Positions 8,360 to 17,145 of a stretch of 43,254 bases of DNA are shown here, piece after piece; positions within the stretch are counted from its first letter, which is position 1, and every line of letters begins with the position of its first letter. Position numbers and translations under genes: made by a program. Below the pieces are notes generated by a model. It was given only the letters and a program-made list of their open reading frames with translations, did not search any database and had not been told where the DNA came from. Source of the stretch: Ilumatobacteraceae bacterium (lineage in GTDB: Bacteria; Actinomycetota; Acidimicrobiia; Acidimicrobiales; Ilumatobacteraceae); contig JANWKM010000033.1 of the NCBI GenBank assembly GCA_025451395.1, forward strand, positions 1 to 43,254, given 5' to 3'.

Positions 8360-11283
8360 CAGGCGCGCACCTTCGAGTGATCGAGCACAACGAGGTCGCG
8401 CAACGCGTCGGTGCTCAGCTCGCTGAGCCAACTCTCGCCCGTCGTGCCAACCACTGCATCGGCCAACTTCCGTTTGTCGTCGATGAGCGCGTCGATGCGT
8501 TCCTCGACCGTTCCCTCGCACACCAACTTGTGCACAAACACTGTTCGCTGCTGACCGATACGCCACGCTCGATCTGTCGCTTGATCTTCGACTGCTGGAT
8601 TCCACCAACGGTCGTAGTGCACGACCTGCGACGCAGCAGTGAGGTTCAGGCCGGTGCCTCCAGCCTTCAACGAAACCAGCAGCAACGGCGCCTTGGCTGT
8701 GCCATCTTGAAAAGAAGTCACCATTCGATCGCGGTTGGCGCGGCTGACTCCACCGTGCAGGAACTGCACAGACTGACCAAACCGCTCATGCAAGTGCTGC
8801 TGCAGTAACAGACCCATTTCTCGGAACTGGGTGAAGACCAATGCGTGTTCTCCGGCATCGAGCAGATCGGTGACCAGTTCGTCGAAGCGATGCAGCTTGC
8901 CAGAACGTCCAGCCAACTTCGAGCCGTCTCCGAGAGCATGAGCAGGGTGGTTGCAGATTTGCTTCAGACGTGTGAGCGCGGCAAGAACCAGGCCGCGCCG
9001 ACGCATCCCGGTCGCCTCCTGCGCGTCGGCCAACAGTTGATCGACGACCGCTTGATAGAGGTGCGCCTGTTCGCGAGTCAGTGGTGCCCACGCGACCTGC
9101 TCGACCTTGTCGGGGAGGTCGGGCACGAGCGACTTGTCGGCCTTGGTACGGCGCAACAAGAACGGACCCGTGAGGCGACGTAATTCAGCGGTTGCCGCCG
9201 GGTCGTGCTCGCGTTCGATCGGAACCGCGAACTGCCTACGGAACTGCGTGGCGTTGCCAAGGAGCCCTGGCGCGACGATCTGAAAGATCGACCACAGTTC
9301 GCTGAGCCGATTCTCCATCGGAGTGCCCGTGAGGGCGATGTGTTGCCCGGCACCGATCGCGCGCATTGCGCGCGCGGTGCGCGTATCGGGGTTCTTGACC
9401 GCTTGCGCCTCGTCGAGCACGAACGTCGCCCACGGCACCTGTTGGAACGTTTCGAGATCGCGCGCGGCCACCTGATAAGTGGTGATGATCAGGTCGTGGG
9501 CGGCGACACGGTTGGCAAATGTTGCGTCGGCGGCGCGGCCAGTGCCGTGGTGCACCATCACGCGCATCATCGGCGCAAAGCGAGCGGTCTCGGCTTCCCA
9601 GTTACGCACCACCGACAAGGGACACACCACCAGATGCGGACCCGGCAGACCGGCCAGGTGCCCGAGCGTGGTTGGCGTCTTACCAAGCCCCATGTCGTCG
9701 GCAAGGCAGCCGCCAAGTCCGAGGCGGTGCAGAAACTGCAGCCAGCCAAGGCCGCGCAATTGGTACGGGCGCAGGATGGCAGTGAACCCGTTGGGAACGT
9801 CGCCATCGGCGAGCGCTTCATCGGGAAGGCCCGCCAGCAACTCGTGCGCCCAACCGGTTGCCTCGACGGCTGTTTGCGTTTCAAACGCACCTTCAAGGAC
9901 ACCGATCCCTGCAGCCTCGAGTTCGCGCTGTAGCTCGGCGGCGAGTGCCAGCAACTGCAGCGCGGTCATCTCGCTGTGTTCGTCGCGATGGTGCGCCAGG
10001 TTGGCAAGCGCACGGCGAGCCTCGGCGCGGTCGATCTGCACCCAGCGACCGCCGATCTGAATCAGGTTGGCTCCCTGTTCTGCCGCGCGTCGCAACACCT
10101 CGTCGGATACTGCAGTGTCGTCGAGCGTTGCCTGCCATTGCACGAGAGCCGTTGCGGTAAACCGTCCTGGGGAACTGCCGTCGTTGGGTGTAGCGCTCGC
10201 GCGGGTTGTTGGTTTTCGACGGGTCAGCGTCTCGGGCGCGATCAACTCGACGCCGACGGCCGCGAGCGCGTCGATGCCTTCGAGCGCGGCGGCCGCGGTT
10301 TCGATGTCGACGTTGTCGTGCGCGGCGACCCAAGGGGTCAGGTCGGGGACCGCCCCCGCAATCACCACCAGAATGTCAGCGACGTATTGATGGAGCTTCG
10401 ACAAGAAGCGAGCCTCGTGCGCAAGCGCGAGTGCTGCTGGCGCTTCCGCCGCCAGATCGGCGGCCGTGCACCACACGCCGCGATCGTCGGCGTCGACCAA
10501 CTCAAGCGTTAACGGCCACGCCGTCGACTCGATCCCCTCGTCGGGGAGACCGAGGCGCAAACGAAGGCGCACGAGTGGCTCGCCCTCGGCTCGACGGCCA
10601 GCGAGCGAGAGCTCGGTGGCGATGTGCGCAACAGCGTCGGCCAGTTCGGCGGCGACCGCGAAGTGACCATCGTCGGCGATGAGCGCTCGACTCACTAGTC
10701 GCAGGGCTCGAGCGTTGGAGGCACGAGTGTCCGACAGGTCGGCGCGCCAACCGCGTGCGGCGAGCGTCAGCCGGCACAGCCGATCGACGAGCACGTGCAA
10801 CACATGCGTCGTGTCGACCGACCCGGCGGCCGCGACCGCCGGTGGCATCGCTGCCAATAGACCGTCGGCCACCGCGTTGACGTCGGCGGTCAGGGGCTGC
10901 CACTCGGCGATCCACGCCGACTCGGCGATATTGGTCAGTACCGGAAGCACCCGCCCGCTCGTTACTAAGTTGGCGGCGTAGTTGTGAACCGCTCCGAACC
11001 ACGCCACCGACGCGCTGACCTCGCCACGTAACACGTCGAGCTGACCGAGTGATGCAAGCGTGGCGGCATCGATGCGTTGACACATCACGTTCAATCGACC
11101 ATCGGGGACGTTCATCGGCACTAAACGGGTCGATGTGCTGTACGCCATGCTGGGTCGGCGAGCGACGCGCGCGACTTCTTGGTGAAGGTTGCCTCCGTAC
11201 ACCCCGCGACCCGGCTGCCACGCAAGTGCCTCGCCCTCCACCCAGCTGAGCTGCAAACCGGGGGGAGTAACACGCGCAGACAT
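8359..11283 (-). CDS. SNF2/RAD54-family helicase with a long N-terminal accessory region (HelZ-like).
   Basis: Helicase motifs are present: LADDMGLGKT (I), LDEAQAVKN (II), LTGTPMENRLSELWS (III), plus the C-terminal helicase domain (VSLKAGGTGLNLT, WWNPAVEDQATDRAWRIGQ). The start is uncertain. The ATG at 11283 has AGGA 8 nt upstream. The ORF-track start is 11349. Confidence 0.9.
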   Translation of the reverse strand: MSARVTPPGLQLSWVEGEALAWQPGRGVYGGNLHQEVARVARRPSMAYSTSTRLVPMNVPDGRLNVMCQRIDAATLASLGQLDVLRGEVSASVAWFGAVHNYAANLVTSGRVLPVLTNIAESAWIAEWQPLTADVNAVADGLLAAMPPAVAAAGSVDTTHVLHVLVDRLCRLTLAARGWRADLSDTRASNARALRLVSRALIADDGHFAVAAELADAVAHIATELSLAGRRAEGEPLVRLRLRLGLPDEGIESTAWPLTLELVDADDRGVWCTAADLAAEAPAALALAHEARFLSKLHQYVADILVVIAGAVPDLTPWVAAHDNVDIETAAAALEGIDALAAVGVELIAPETLTRRKPTTRASATPNDGSSPGRFTATALVQWQATLDDTAVSDEVLRRAAEQGANLIQIGGRWVQIDRAEARRALANLAHHRDEHSEMTALQLLALAAELQRELEAAGIGVLEGAFETQTAVEATGWAHELLAGLPDEALADGDVPNGFTAILRPYQLRGLGWLQFLHRLGLGGCLADDMGLGKTPTTLGHLAGLPGPHLVVCPLSVVRNWEAETARFAPMMRVMVHHGTGRAADATFANRVAAHDLIITTYQVAARDLETFQQVPWATFVLDEAQAVKNPDTRTARAMRAIGAGQHIALTGTPMENRLSELWSIFQIVAPGLLGNATQFRRQFAVPIEREHDPAATAELRRLTGPFLLRRTKADKSLVPDLPDKVEQVAWAPLTREQAHLYQAVVDQLLADAQEATGMRRRGLVLAALTRLKQICNHPAHALGDGSKLAGRSGKLHRFDELVTDLLDAGEHALVFTQFREMGLLLQQHLHERFGQSVQFLHGGVSRANRDRMVTSFQDGTAKAPLLLVSLKAGGTGLNLTAASQVVHYDRWWNPAVEDQATDRAWRIGQQRTVFVHKLVCEGTVEERIDALIDDKRKLADAVVGTTGESWLSELSTDALRDLVVLDHSKVRA

Positions 11284-11400
11284 GCACGGCATCCTACGAA
11301 GAGGGTGTCTGCGAGAGGCTGCGACCGACAGAGACGATCTTGACAACAAATAGACAACTCACTTGTTCGGCCAGACAGTTAACGCGCCGAAAACCAGGGC

Positions 11401-13113
11401 GTGACCAAATCTTGCCGATCGTCGAACCGTTTCGCGCAGTTCCTCATTGGCGCGTTCTTGGCCGTGAGCGCTGGGTTTGTGGTCGGTTCGCCCGCTCCGG
11501 TTTCCGCGATGGCCTGTGATGGCTGCGTTGTGCTTTCGGCACCAACGATCAATCTGAATGTGACGGCCCAACCCGGCGGCCAAGCCACTATTGACCAACC
11601 CGGCGGGGTCGCGGTGTACACCCCGTTGACGACGGGTAGCCCCGGTGGGCCGGGCACCGTGTGGATCATCGGTCACCGCACGACCCACGGTTCGGTCTTT
11701 AATCAGGTTCCATTCCTCGCACCGGGTGCTCCTATCAGCCTGATCAACGAGTCGGGTGTGCATCAGTACATCGTCAACCGTCTCCTCGTGGTGCCATCGC
11801 GTGGCTGGCAACCTCAGGTCGACATCCACGACATGTCGCGTGTCCGGCTCATCATCCAGACCAGCCATCCGGACCCATCGCTGCGTTATCTGATCGAGGC
11901 CTTCGGTGTTGCGCCTGAGGTTTGTCGCACAACCGCCGTCGCGGTCGGCGACCCAAATCTGTCCTCTGCGACGACACGGTTTGTACCGATCCCCGCGCAG
12001 CGGCTGCTCGACACGAGGGCAGATGGCGGCGGAGCGGTGTGCGGCGGTGGGGACATCTCACTGCAGGTCGCGGGCCTTCCCGGGATCAGCCCCAACGCCA
12101 CGGCCGTCGCACTAACGGTGACGGCAATCGACAGTCGGGGAGCTGGCTTCGTATCGGTCGGGCCGGCGGGTGTGGATCTCAGTGGCACCTCGACTGTCAA
12201 CCTCAATGGCGCTGGAGAAACGCGAGCAAACCTGGTGATGGCACCAATCGGGCTCTCAGGCCAGATCGCGATCCATGTCTCGGTGACCACACACCTCGTC
12301 ATCGATGTGTCCGGCTACTTCGAACCGAGCACGTCGGCGCATGACGGTCGCTTCGTCGACGTTGCGCCGGAACGAGTTCTGGACACGCGGACCGACCCGA
12401 CCCAGCATCGTTTGCACTCCAGTGAGACGGTCACGGTGAAGATCGCGGACCGTCTTGCGCAATTTCCTACAGCTGAGGTGGGTGCTCTGCTGGTCAACCT
12501 GACGACCGTGAATGGTATTCCCGGGGGTTACCTGACCGCATGGGCGAGTGGCATGCCACGACCGGCGACATCGAACGTCAACGTCTCGATGATCGGCGAC
12601 GTTGCCGCCAACCTCGCGATCGTGCCGCTAGGGGCCGACGGATCCTTCCAACTCTTTGCCTCGACCGATCTCGATGTGATCATCGACATCGTCGGTTACT
12701 TCACGAACAACAACGCCCCCGAGACAAGCATCGGATTCTTCGTGCCCGTCACTCCGCGACGCGTTCTTGATACGCGAGCAGGTCAACCCGCGCTCGGTGC
12801 CAACACAACAACTGATTTTGATCTCGTCGGCCCGGCGGGGACTGTTGGTCCAGTGAATCTCGTGACCAACCTCACGAGTACAGCGAGCCTCGGTGGTGGT
12901 TTCGTTGCAATCACGGACGGCTTGGCTCCGTCGACTTCCAATCTCAACGTAGTAAGAGGCGAGACGCGCGCCAATCTCGCCATTATCTCTGCACGCGACG
13001 CGGAACTAACTCACGTCTATGTGTCGCTCCAGACCCACATCATCATCGATGTCACTGGCTACTTCACGACCGAAACGCAACCACGCACGCGGTATTGGTT
13101 GCTTCGAACGTAG
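11401..13113 (+). CDS. Secreted or anchored sortase-fold protein with Ser in place of the catalytic Cys, carrying 3 C-terminal LDTR...GYF repeats.
   Basis: The gene starts with GTG. The hydrophobic N-terminus is FAQFLIGAFLAVSAGFVVG...VSA-MACDGC. The sortase-like order is GHRTTHGSVF (His at 11674-11676), LIIQTSHP (Ser AGC at 11863-11865), then LRYLIEAF (Arg). Three repeats of about 115 aa follow, at aa 193-307, 317-434 and 446-555. The existence of the CDS is solid. The fold assignment is by eye. Confidence 0.65.
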   Translation: MTKSCRSSNRFAQFLIGAFLAVSAGFVVGSPAPVSAMACDGCVVLSAPTINLNVTAQPGGQATIDQPGGVAVYTPLTTGSPGGPGTVWIIGHRTTHGSVFNQVPFLAPGAPISLINESGVHQYIVNRLLVVPSRGWQPQVDIHDMSRVRLIIQTSHPDPSLRYLIEAFGVAPEVCRTTAVAVGDPNLSSATTRFVPIPAQRLLDTRADGGGAVCGGGDISLQVAGLPGISPNATAVALTVTAIDSRGAGFVSVGPAGVDLSGTSTVNLNGAGETRANLVMAPIGLSGQIAIHVSVTTHLVIDVSGYFEPSTSAHDGRFVDVAPERVLDTRTDPTQHRLHSSETVTVKIADRLAQFPTAEVGALLVNLTTVNGIPGGYLTAWASGMPRPATSNVNVSMIGDVAANLAIVPLGADGSFQLFASTDLDVIIDIVGYFTNNNAPETSIGFFVPVTPRRVLDTRAGQPALGANTTTDFDLVGPAGTVGPVNLVTNLTSTASLGGGFVAITDGLAPSTSNLNVVRGETRANLAIISARDAELTHVYVSLQTHIIIDVTGYFTTETQPRTRYWLLRT

Positions 13114-13283
13114 GAGAGTGGTGTGGCAGTTGTATGGATCTCGTTTAACCAAGCGCGGCGTGTGAGCCACACAACTCTTAAGACAGATCGTCTAGTAACA
13201 AAGGTCTTTTGGCCCCTCGGGCAGCACCGCGTAAGCGCCGACAGCATTGGGTGCCCGCCACACACCTTCCCCGCATTGTCGCG

Positions 13284-14999
13284 ATGCTGCGTCTTGTCTC
13301 GAGGTTCGTCGCCGTTTCAGTTGTCGCGAGCGCCGGTTCTGTTCTGGTACTCACGTCGGATACCCCAGCGTCGGCACAGGCGTGCGCTGGCTGCGTCGTT
13401 GTCTCGGCGCCAACAATCAGTCTGAGTGCCACAGCTCGCCCCGGTGGCCAGAGTGTCATCGACCAACAAGGCGGGGTTGCTGTCTATACCGGCTTGACCA
13501 CAGGTTTGATCGGCGGGCCCGGCACGGTGTGGCTGGCCGGGCATCGCACGAGTCACGGTTCGGTCTTCAATCGGGTGCCATTCCTTGTCGCCGGTGATCC
13601 GATCAATTTGAGCGACGACACGGGTTCGCACCAGTACATCGTCAACCGACTGCTCGTGGTGCCCGCGAGCGGCTGGCAGAACTATGTCGACATCAACAAC
13701 ATGTCGCGCTCGCTGTTGATCCTTCAGACCAGCCATCCCGACCCGTCGCTTCGGTACCTGATCGAGGCGTTCGGCACCCTGCCGGAGATTTGTCGCACGG
13801 CGCCACTCGTCACTGGCGGCGCAAGTCTCTCCACAGCAACCACACGGTTCGTCTCAATGCCGCCGCAACGACTGCTCGATACCCGTGTCGATGGTGACGG
13901 AGTGGTGTGCGCCGGTGGCAACATCACGCTGCAACTCTGGGGCGCTCCTGGCATCAGCACAACTGCAACGGCGGTTGCCTTGACTGTGACAGCCACCGAC
14001 AGCCGCGGGCCAGGCTTCGTCTCCGTCGGGCCGGCCGGCCTCGATCCCAGTGGCACCTCAACCGTCAACCTCGGCGCCGCCGGACAGACCAGGGCCAACT
14101 TGGTGATGGTCGCAATTGGCATCTCCGGTCAGATTGCTATTCATGTCTCGGTCGCGACACATCTCATCATCGATATCTCCGGATACTTCGAGCCGAGCAC
14201 GTCGGCTCGCGATGGTCGCTTTGTCGATGTCGCGCCGGAACGACTGCTCGACACCCGCACGGACCCTACGCAACCTCGGCTGCACGCGAACCAAACCGCC
14301 ATCGTGAACATCGCACAACACACCGCTCAGGTGCCCGTCACTCAAGCAAGTGCAGTGATGGTCAATCTGACAGCGGTCAACGGTGTGCCCGGGGGTTACG
14401 TGACGGCATGGGCGAGCGGTATCCCGCAACCGGCGACATCGAATGTCAACCTGACGGCCATCGGTGACGCAGCCGCGAACCTCGCGATCGTGCCACTCGG
14501 CGCTGACGGATCGATCCAGCTCTTCGCCTCGACGGATCTCGATGTGATCATCGATGTTGTCGGATACTTCACGAATGTCAACGCCTCGGACGCGGCTGTC
14601 GGTCTGTTCGTGCCGTTGACCCCGCGACGCGTGCTCGACAGCCGGACCAGCCGACCGGTACTTGCCGCCGGCACTACCAGCAACTTCGATCTTGCCGGCC
14701 CGGCTGGGATTGCTGAGCCGGCAACTCTCGTCGCCAACATCACCAGCACCATCAGCCACGGCCAAGGCTTCGTTTCGATTACTGATGCCACTCTTCCTTC
14801 AACGGCACCTTCAACGGCACCCTCGACGTCCAACCTCAGCGTTTCAAGAGGCGAAGACCGTGCCAACCTCGCCATCATCTCTGCTGTCAATGCTCAGTTG
14901 GTGCACGTCTTCGTGTCGCTGCAGACACACATCATCATCGACGTCACCGGTTACTTCACGGCTGGCTCGAGGTTTGGGTCGCTGGGATCTGTCGGCTGA
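13284..14999 (+). CDS. Paralog of the 11401-13113 gene: sortase-fold (Cys to Ser) plus 3 LDTR...GYF repeats.
   Basis: It is collinear with the upstream gene: ASA-QACAGC, GHRTSHGSVF, LILQTSHP (Ser AGC at 13731-13733) and LRYLIEAF. I prefer the ATG at 13284 (MLRLVSRFVAVSVVASAG...) over the ORF-track start at 13209. Confidence 0.65.
   Translation: MLRLVSRFVAVSVVASAGSVLVLTSDTPASAQACAGCVVVSAPTISLSATARPGGQSVIDQQGGVAVYTGLTTGLIGGPGTVWLAGHRTSHGSVFNRVPFLVAGDPINLSDDTGSHQYIVNRLLVVPASGWQNYVDINNMSRSLLILQTSHPDPSLRYLIEAFGTLPEICRTAPLVTGGASLSTATTRFVSMPPQRLLDTRVDGDGVVCAGGNITLQLWGAPGISTTATAVALTVTATDSRGPGFVSVGPAGLDPSGTSTVNLGAAGQTRANLVMVAIGISGQIAIHVSVATHLIIDISGYFEPSTSARDGRFVDVAPERLLDTRTDPTQPRLHANQTAIVNIAQHTAQVPVTQASAVMVNLTAVNGVPGGYVTAWASGIPQPATSNVNLTAIGDAAANLAIVPLGADGSIQLFASTDLDVIIDVVGYFTNVNASDAAVGLFVPLTPRRVLDSRTSRPVLAAGTTSNFDLAGPAGIAEPATLVANITSTISHGQGFVSITDATLPSTAPSTAPSTSNLSVSRGEDRANLAIISAVNAQLVHVFVSLQTHIIIDVTGYFTAGSRFGSLGSVG
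14796..14831 (+). repeat. In-frame 12-bp tandem repeat encoding PSTA-PSTA-PSTS.
   Basis: cct tca acg gca occurs twice perfectly (14796-14819), followed by ccc tcg acg tcc. The paralog has a single APSTS at the equivalent place. Confidence 0.85.
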
Positions 15000-15011
15000 G
15001 CGTTCGTCGCG

Positions 15012-17048
15012 TCACTGCGCTTGTTCCGCGGCACGCTTGCGTAACATCTTGAGCAATTCGGTCTGCGAGCGAACACCAAATCTTTGATAGATCGCGCTGA
15101 GATGGTTACGTATGGTGCTTTGGCTCAAGAACAACTCCTGAGCTACATCCTTTACTCGCTGACCGCCAAGCATTCGCCGGAGGATTTCGATCTGCCTGCT
15201 TGAGAGGTTGTCGTCGTCGAAGTCAAGGTCTTCGTCGCCATCCTGGTCGCGGACTGTTCGCAGCATCTCTAGTAGTGCGGTGTCGACATGACGGCCAACC
15301 GTCTCGAACATCGCGCGCCGTCGATCCACCGCAGAACGAACGCGCGCGGCGAGATCACGCGGCGTGAACGGTTTCACGATGTAGTCGTCGGCCCCAGCCA
15401 AGAACGCGTCGGCCTTGTCGACTCTGTCGGCGTGACCGGTCAGCATCACGATGGTGCACTCCTTGGTGGTGAGACCTTCCCGAAGCTCCCGGCACACATC
15501 CATGCCACTCATGTCCGGCAATCCCACGTCGAGCAGGATGCAATCGGGTGTGAGCTGGCGTGCCATCGCCAGTCCGGTCGCACCGGCAGCAGCCTCGGTG
15601 ACAGTGAAGCCGGCCGAGGCAAGACACATCCTCGCCAACATTCTGACGTCGGTTGCGTCGTCGACAATCAGCACGGATTCAGCAATCCATGGCTTGAACT
15701 TCTCGTCACTCCCGGACGGGTTGAAACCAATCAGGGTCTGTCCGGTGGCGTGCGCAACCAGATAGTTCCCGATCTCGACGGACGAAACAGGATGGGAGAT
15801 GAGGTAGCCCTGCGCGAAATCGCAGCCCATCGTGCGAATGCGTTCCAGTTGGTCGCGTGTTTCGACACCCTCAGCCACGACCTCTTGGTTCATCGTTTGG
15901 GCAAGACTGATAATGGACGCAACGATGGCGCCACTGACTGTGCTGCCACCGAGTCCAGCGACGAAGGAACGGTCGATCTTCAGTTCGTCGATCGGCATTC
16001 GGTGCAGGTACTCGAGCGACGAGTAGCCGGTTCCGAAATCGTCGATCGAAAGTTTGAAGCCGAGTGCCTTCAGCTCGTCGAGGATCCCGATGGTTCCCTC
16101 GATGTCGCTCATGATCGTGGTCTCGGTCACCTCGAGGCAGATGGTGTGGGCATCGATTCCAGTTTCGATGAGAAGTTCGCGAATGGTTGGCACCAACCCC
16201 GTTTGGAACTGGCGAGCGGACACGTTGATGGAAACATGCACTGGCGACTTTGGATAGCGCTGATGCCAAATCGCAGCCTGTCGAAACGCCTCGCGTAAAA
16301 CCCACTCACCGATCGGGACGATGACGCCGCTCGACTCTGCGGCTGGAATGAATTCTGCCGGCATGACCGTGCCAATGCCCGGGCGCTCCCATCGGAGCAA
16401 CGCCTCGACACCGACGATTCGATTGGTCGTCAGCGAGATTGTCGGCTGATAAACCAAGCGAAACTCGTCGGCGACTAGTGCGTGTCGCATCGCCTCGACG
16501 AGATCAGACTGCACTTGCTCTCGTGGTTCGCGGAGTTCGACGGTGAAGAAGTGTTGCCCGCCGCCTGCAACGGTCCGTGCATGATCTTGCGCGGTCTCAG
16601 CCTCGACAATCATTTGCTGGGCTTCGGAATATCGCTCCGCCATCGCGACCCCGATCCGGGCAGTCACCATGGCTTGCCCAGATCTGAGCGTGATCGGCAT
16701 CGCAATTGCATCGAGCACAACCGTCGCGATGGCAGCGGCGGCGGCCGGGTCGAGCACACCCTCACACAGCACGAGGAACTCGTCACCACCGACCCGGCAG
16801 ATCGTGCTCACGGTGCTGGTGTCGTTGTCGTGTTGACGCAGCGAGGTGCGTAGCCGATCCGCGACGGAGAGCAACACCGCGTCGCCGCCGTCATGGCCAT
16901 AATCCTCGTTGACGTAATGAAAATGATCAACGTCGATGGAGAAAATCGCGATCAACGAGGCGAGCGCCCTGACTTGGCTGAGCGCAGTTTGCGCGTGCTC
17001 GAAGAAGTTCTCGTACGTCGACAATCCCGTCAATGGATCGCGCACCAA
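15012..17048 (-). CDS. Multidomain c-di-GMP signalling protein with the order GGDEF-EAL-REC-LuxR(HTH).
   Basis: - GGDEF domain, aa 4-165: DPLTGL, IDVDHFHYVNEDYGHDGGD, RVGGDEF.
- EAL domain, aa 185-425: VEALLRW, DDFGTGYSSL, KIDRSF, EGVET, QGY.
- REC domain, aa 458-575: LIVDD, LLDVGLPDMSG, MLTG, IVKPF.
- LuxR HTH, aa 612-672: LSSRQIEILRRM ... LFLSQSTIRNHLSAIYQRFGV. Confidence 0.9.
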   Translation of the reverse strand: MVRDPLTGLSTYENFFEHAQTALSQVRALASLIAIFSIDVDHFHYVNEDYGHDGGDAVLLSVADRLRTSLRQHDNDTSTVSTICRVGGDEFLVLCEGVLDPAAAAAIATVVLDAIAMPITLRSGQAMVTARIGVAMAERYSEAQQMIVEAETAQDHARTVAGGGQHFFTVELREPREQVQSDLVEAMRHALVADEFRLVYQPTISLTTNRIVGVEALLRWERPGIGTVMPAEFIPAAESSGVIVPIGEWVLREAFRQAAIWHQRYPKSPVHVSINVSARQFQTGLVPTIRELLIETGIDAHTICLEVTETTIMSDIEGTIGILDELKALGFKLSIDDFGTGYSSLEYLHRMPIDELKIDRSFVAGLGGSTVSGAIVASIISLAQTMNQEVVAEGVETRDQLERIRTMGCDFAQGYLISHPVSSVEIGNYLVAHATGQTLIGFNPSGSDEKFKPWIAESVLIVDDATDVRMLARMCLASAGFTVTEAAAGATGLAMARQLTPDCILLDVGLPDMSGMDVCRELREGLTTKECTIVMLTGHADRVDKADAFLAGADDYIVKPFTPRDLAARVRSAVDRRRAMFETVGRHVDTALLEMLRTVRDQDGDEDLDFDDDNLSSRQIEILRRMLGGQRVKDVAQELFLSQSTIRNHLSAIYQRFGVRSQTELLKMLRKRAAEQAQ

Positions 17049-17145
17049 TCCATCGCTAGTCCGTGGAACGCGATGACCTACTCGATGGCTCAGAACGAGC
17101 CTTCTTTCGTTGGGAAAAGGAATACTACGGTGTCCAAGTCGTAAG

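Noticed and set aside
7640-8608. N-terminally extended versions of several ORFs in the track: 7640-8608, 21317-22537, 23945-25090, 25622-26566, 2899-4827 and 13209-14999.
   Set aside because: Each extension overlaps a well-supported neighbouring gene or a divergent start. Each has an Arg/Ser-rich non-coding-like translation. Internal starts give canonical N-termini and typical ATGA/GTGA/TGATG coupling.
13114-13283. GTGTGGC...GCCACAC (7-bp arms with a loop of about 38 nt) between the two sortase-like paralogs, considered as a terminator.
   Set aside because: The stem is short, the loop is very large and there is no U-tract. This is not enough to call. The paralogs may be co-transcribed or separately promoted.
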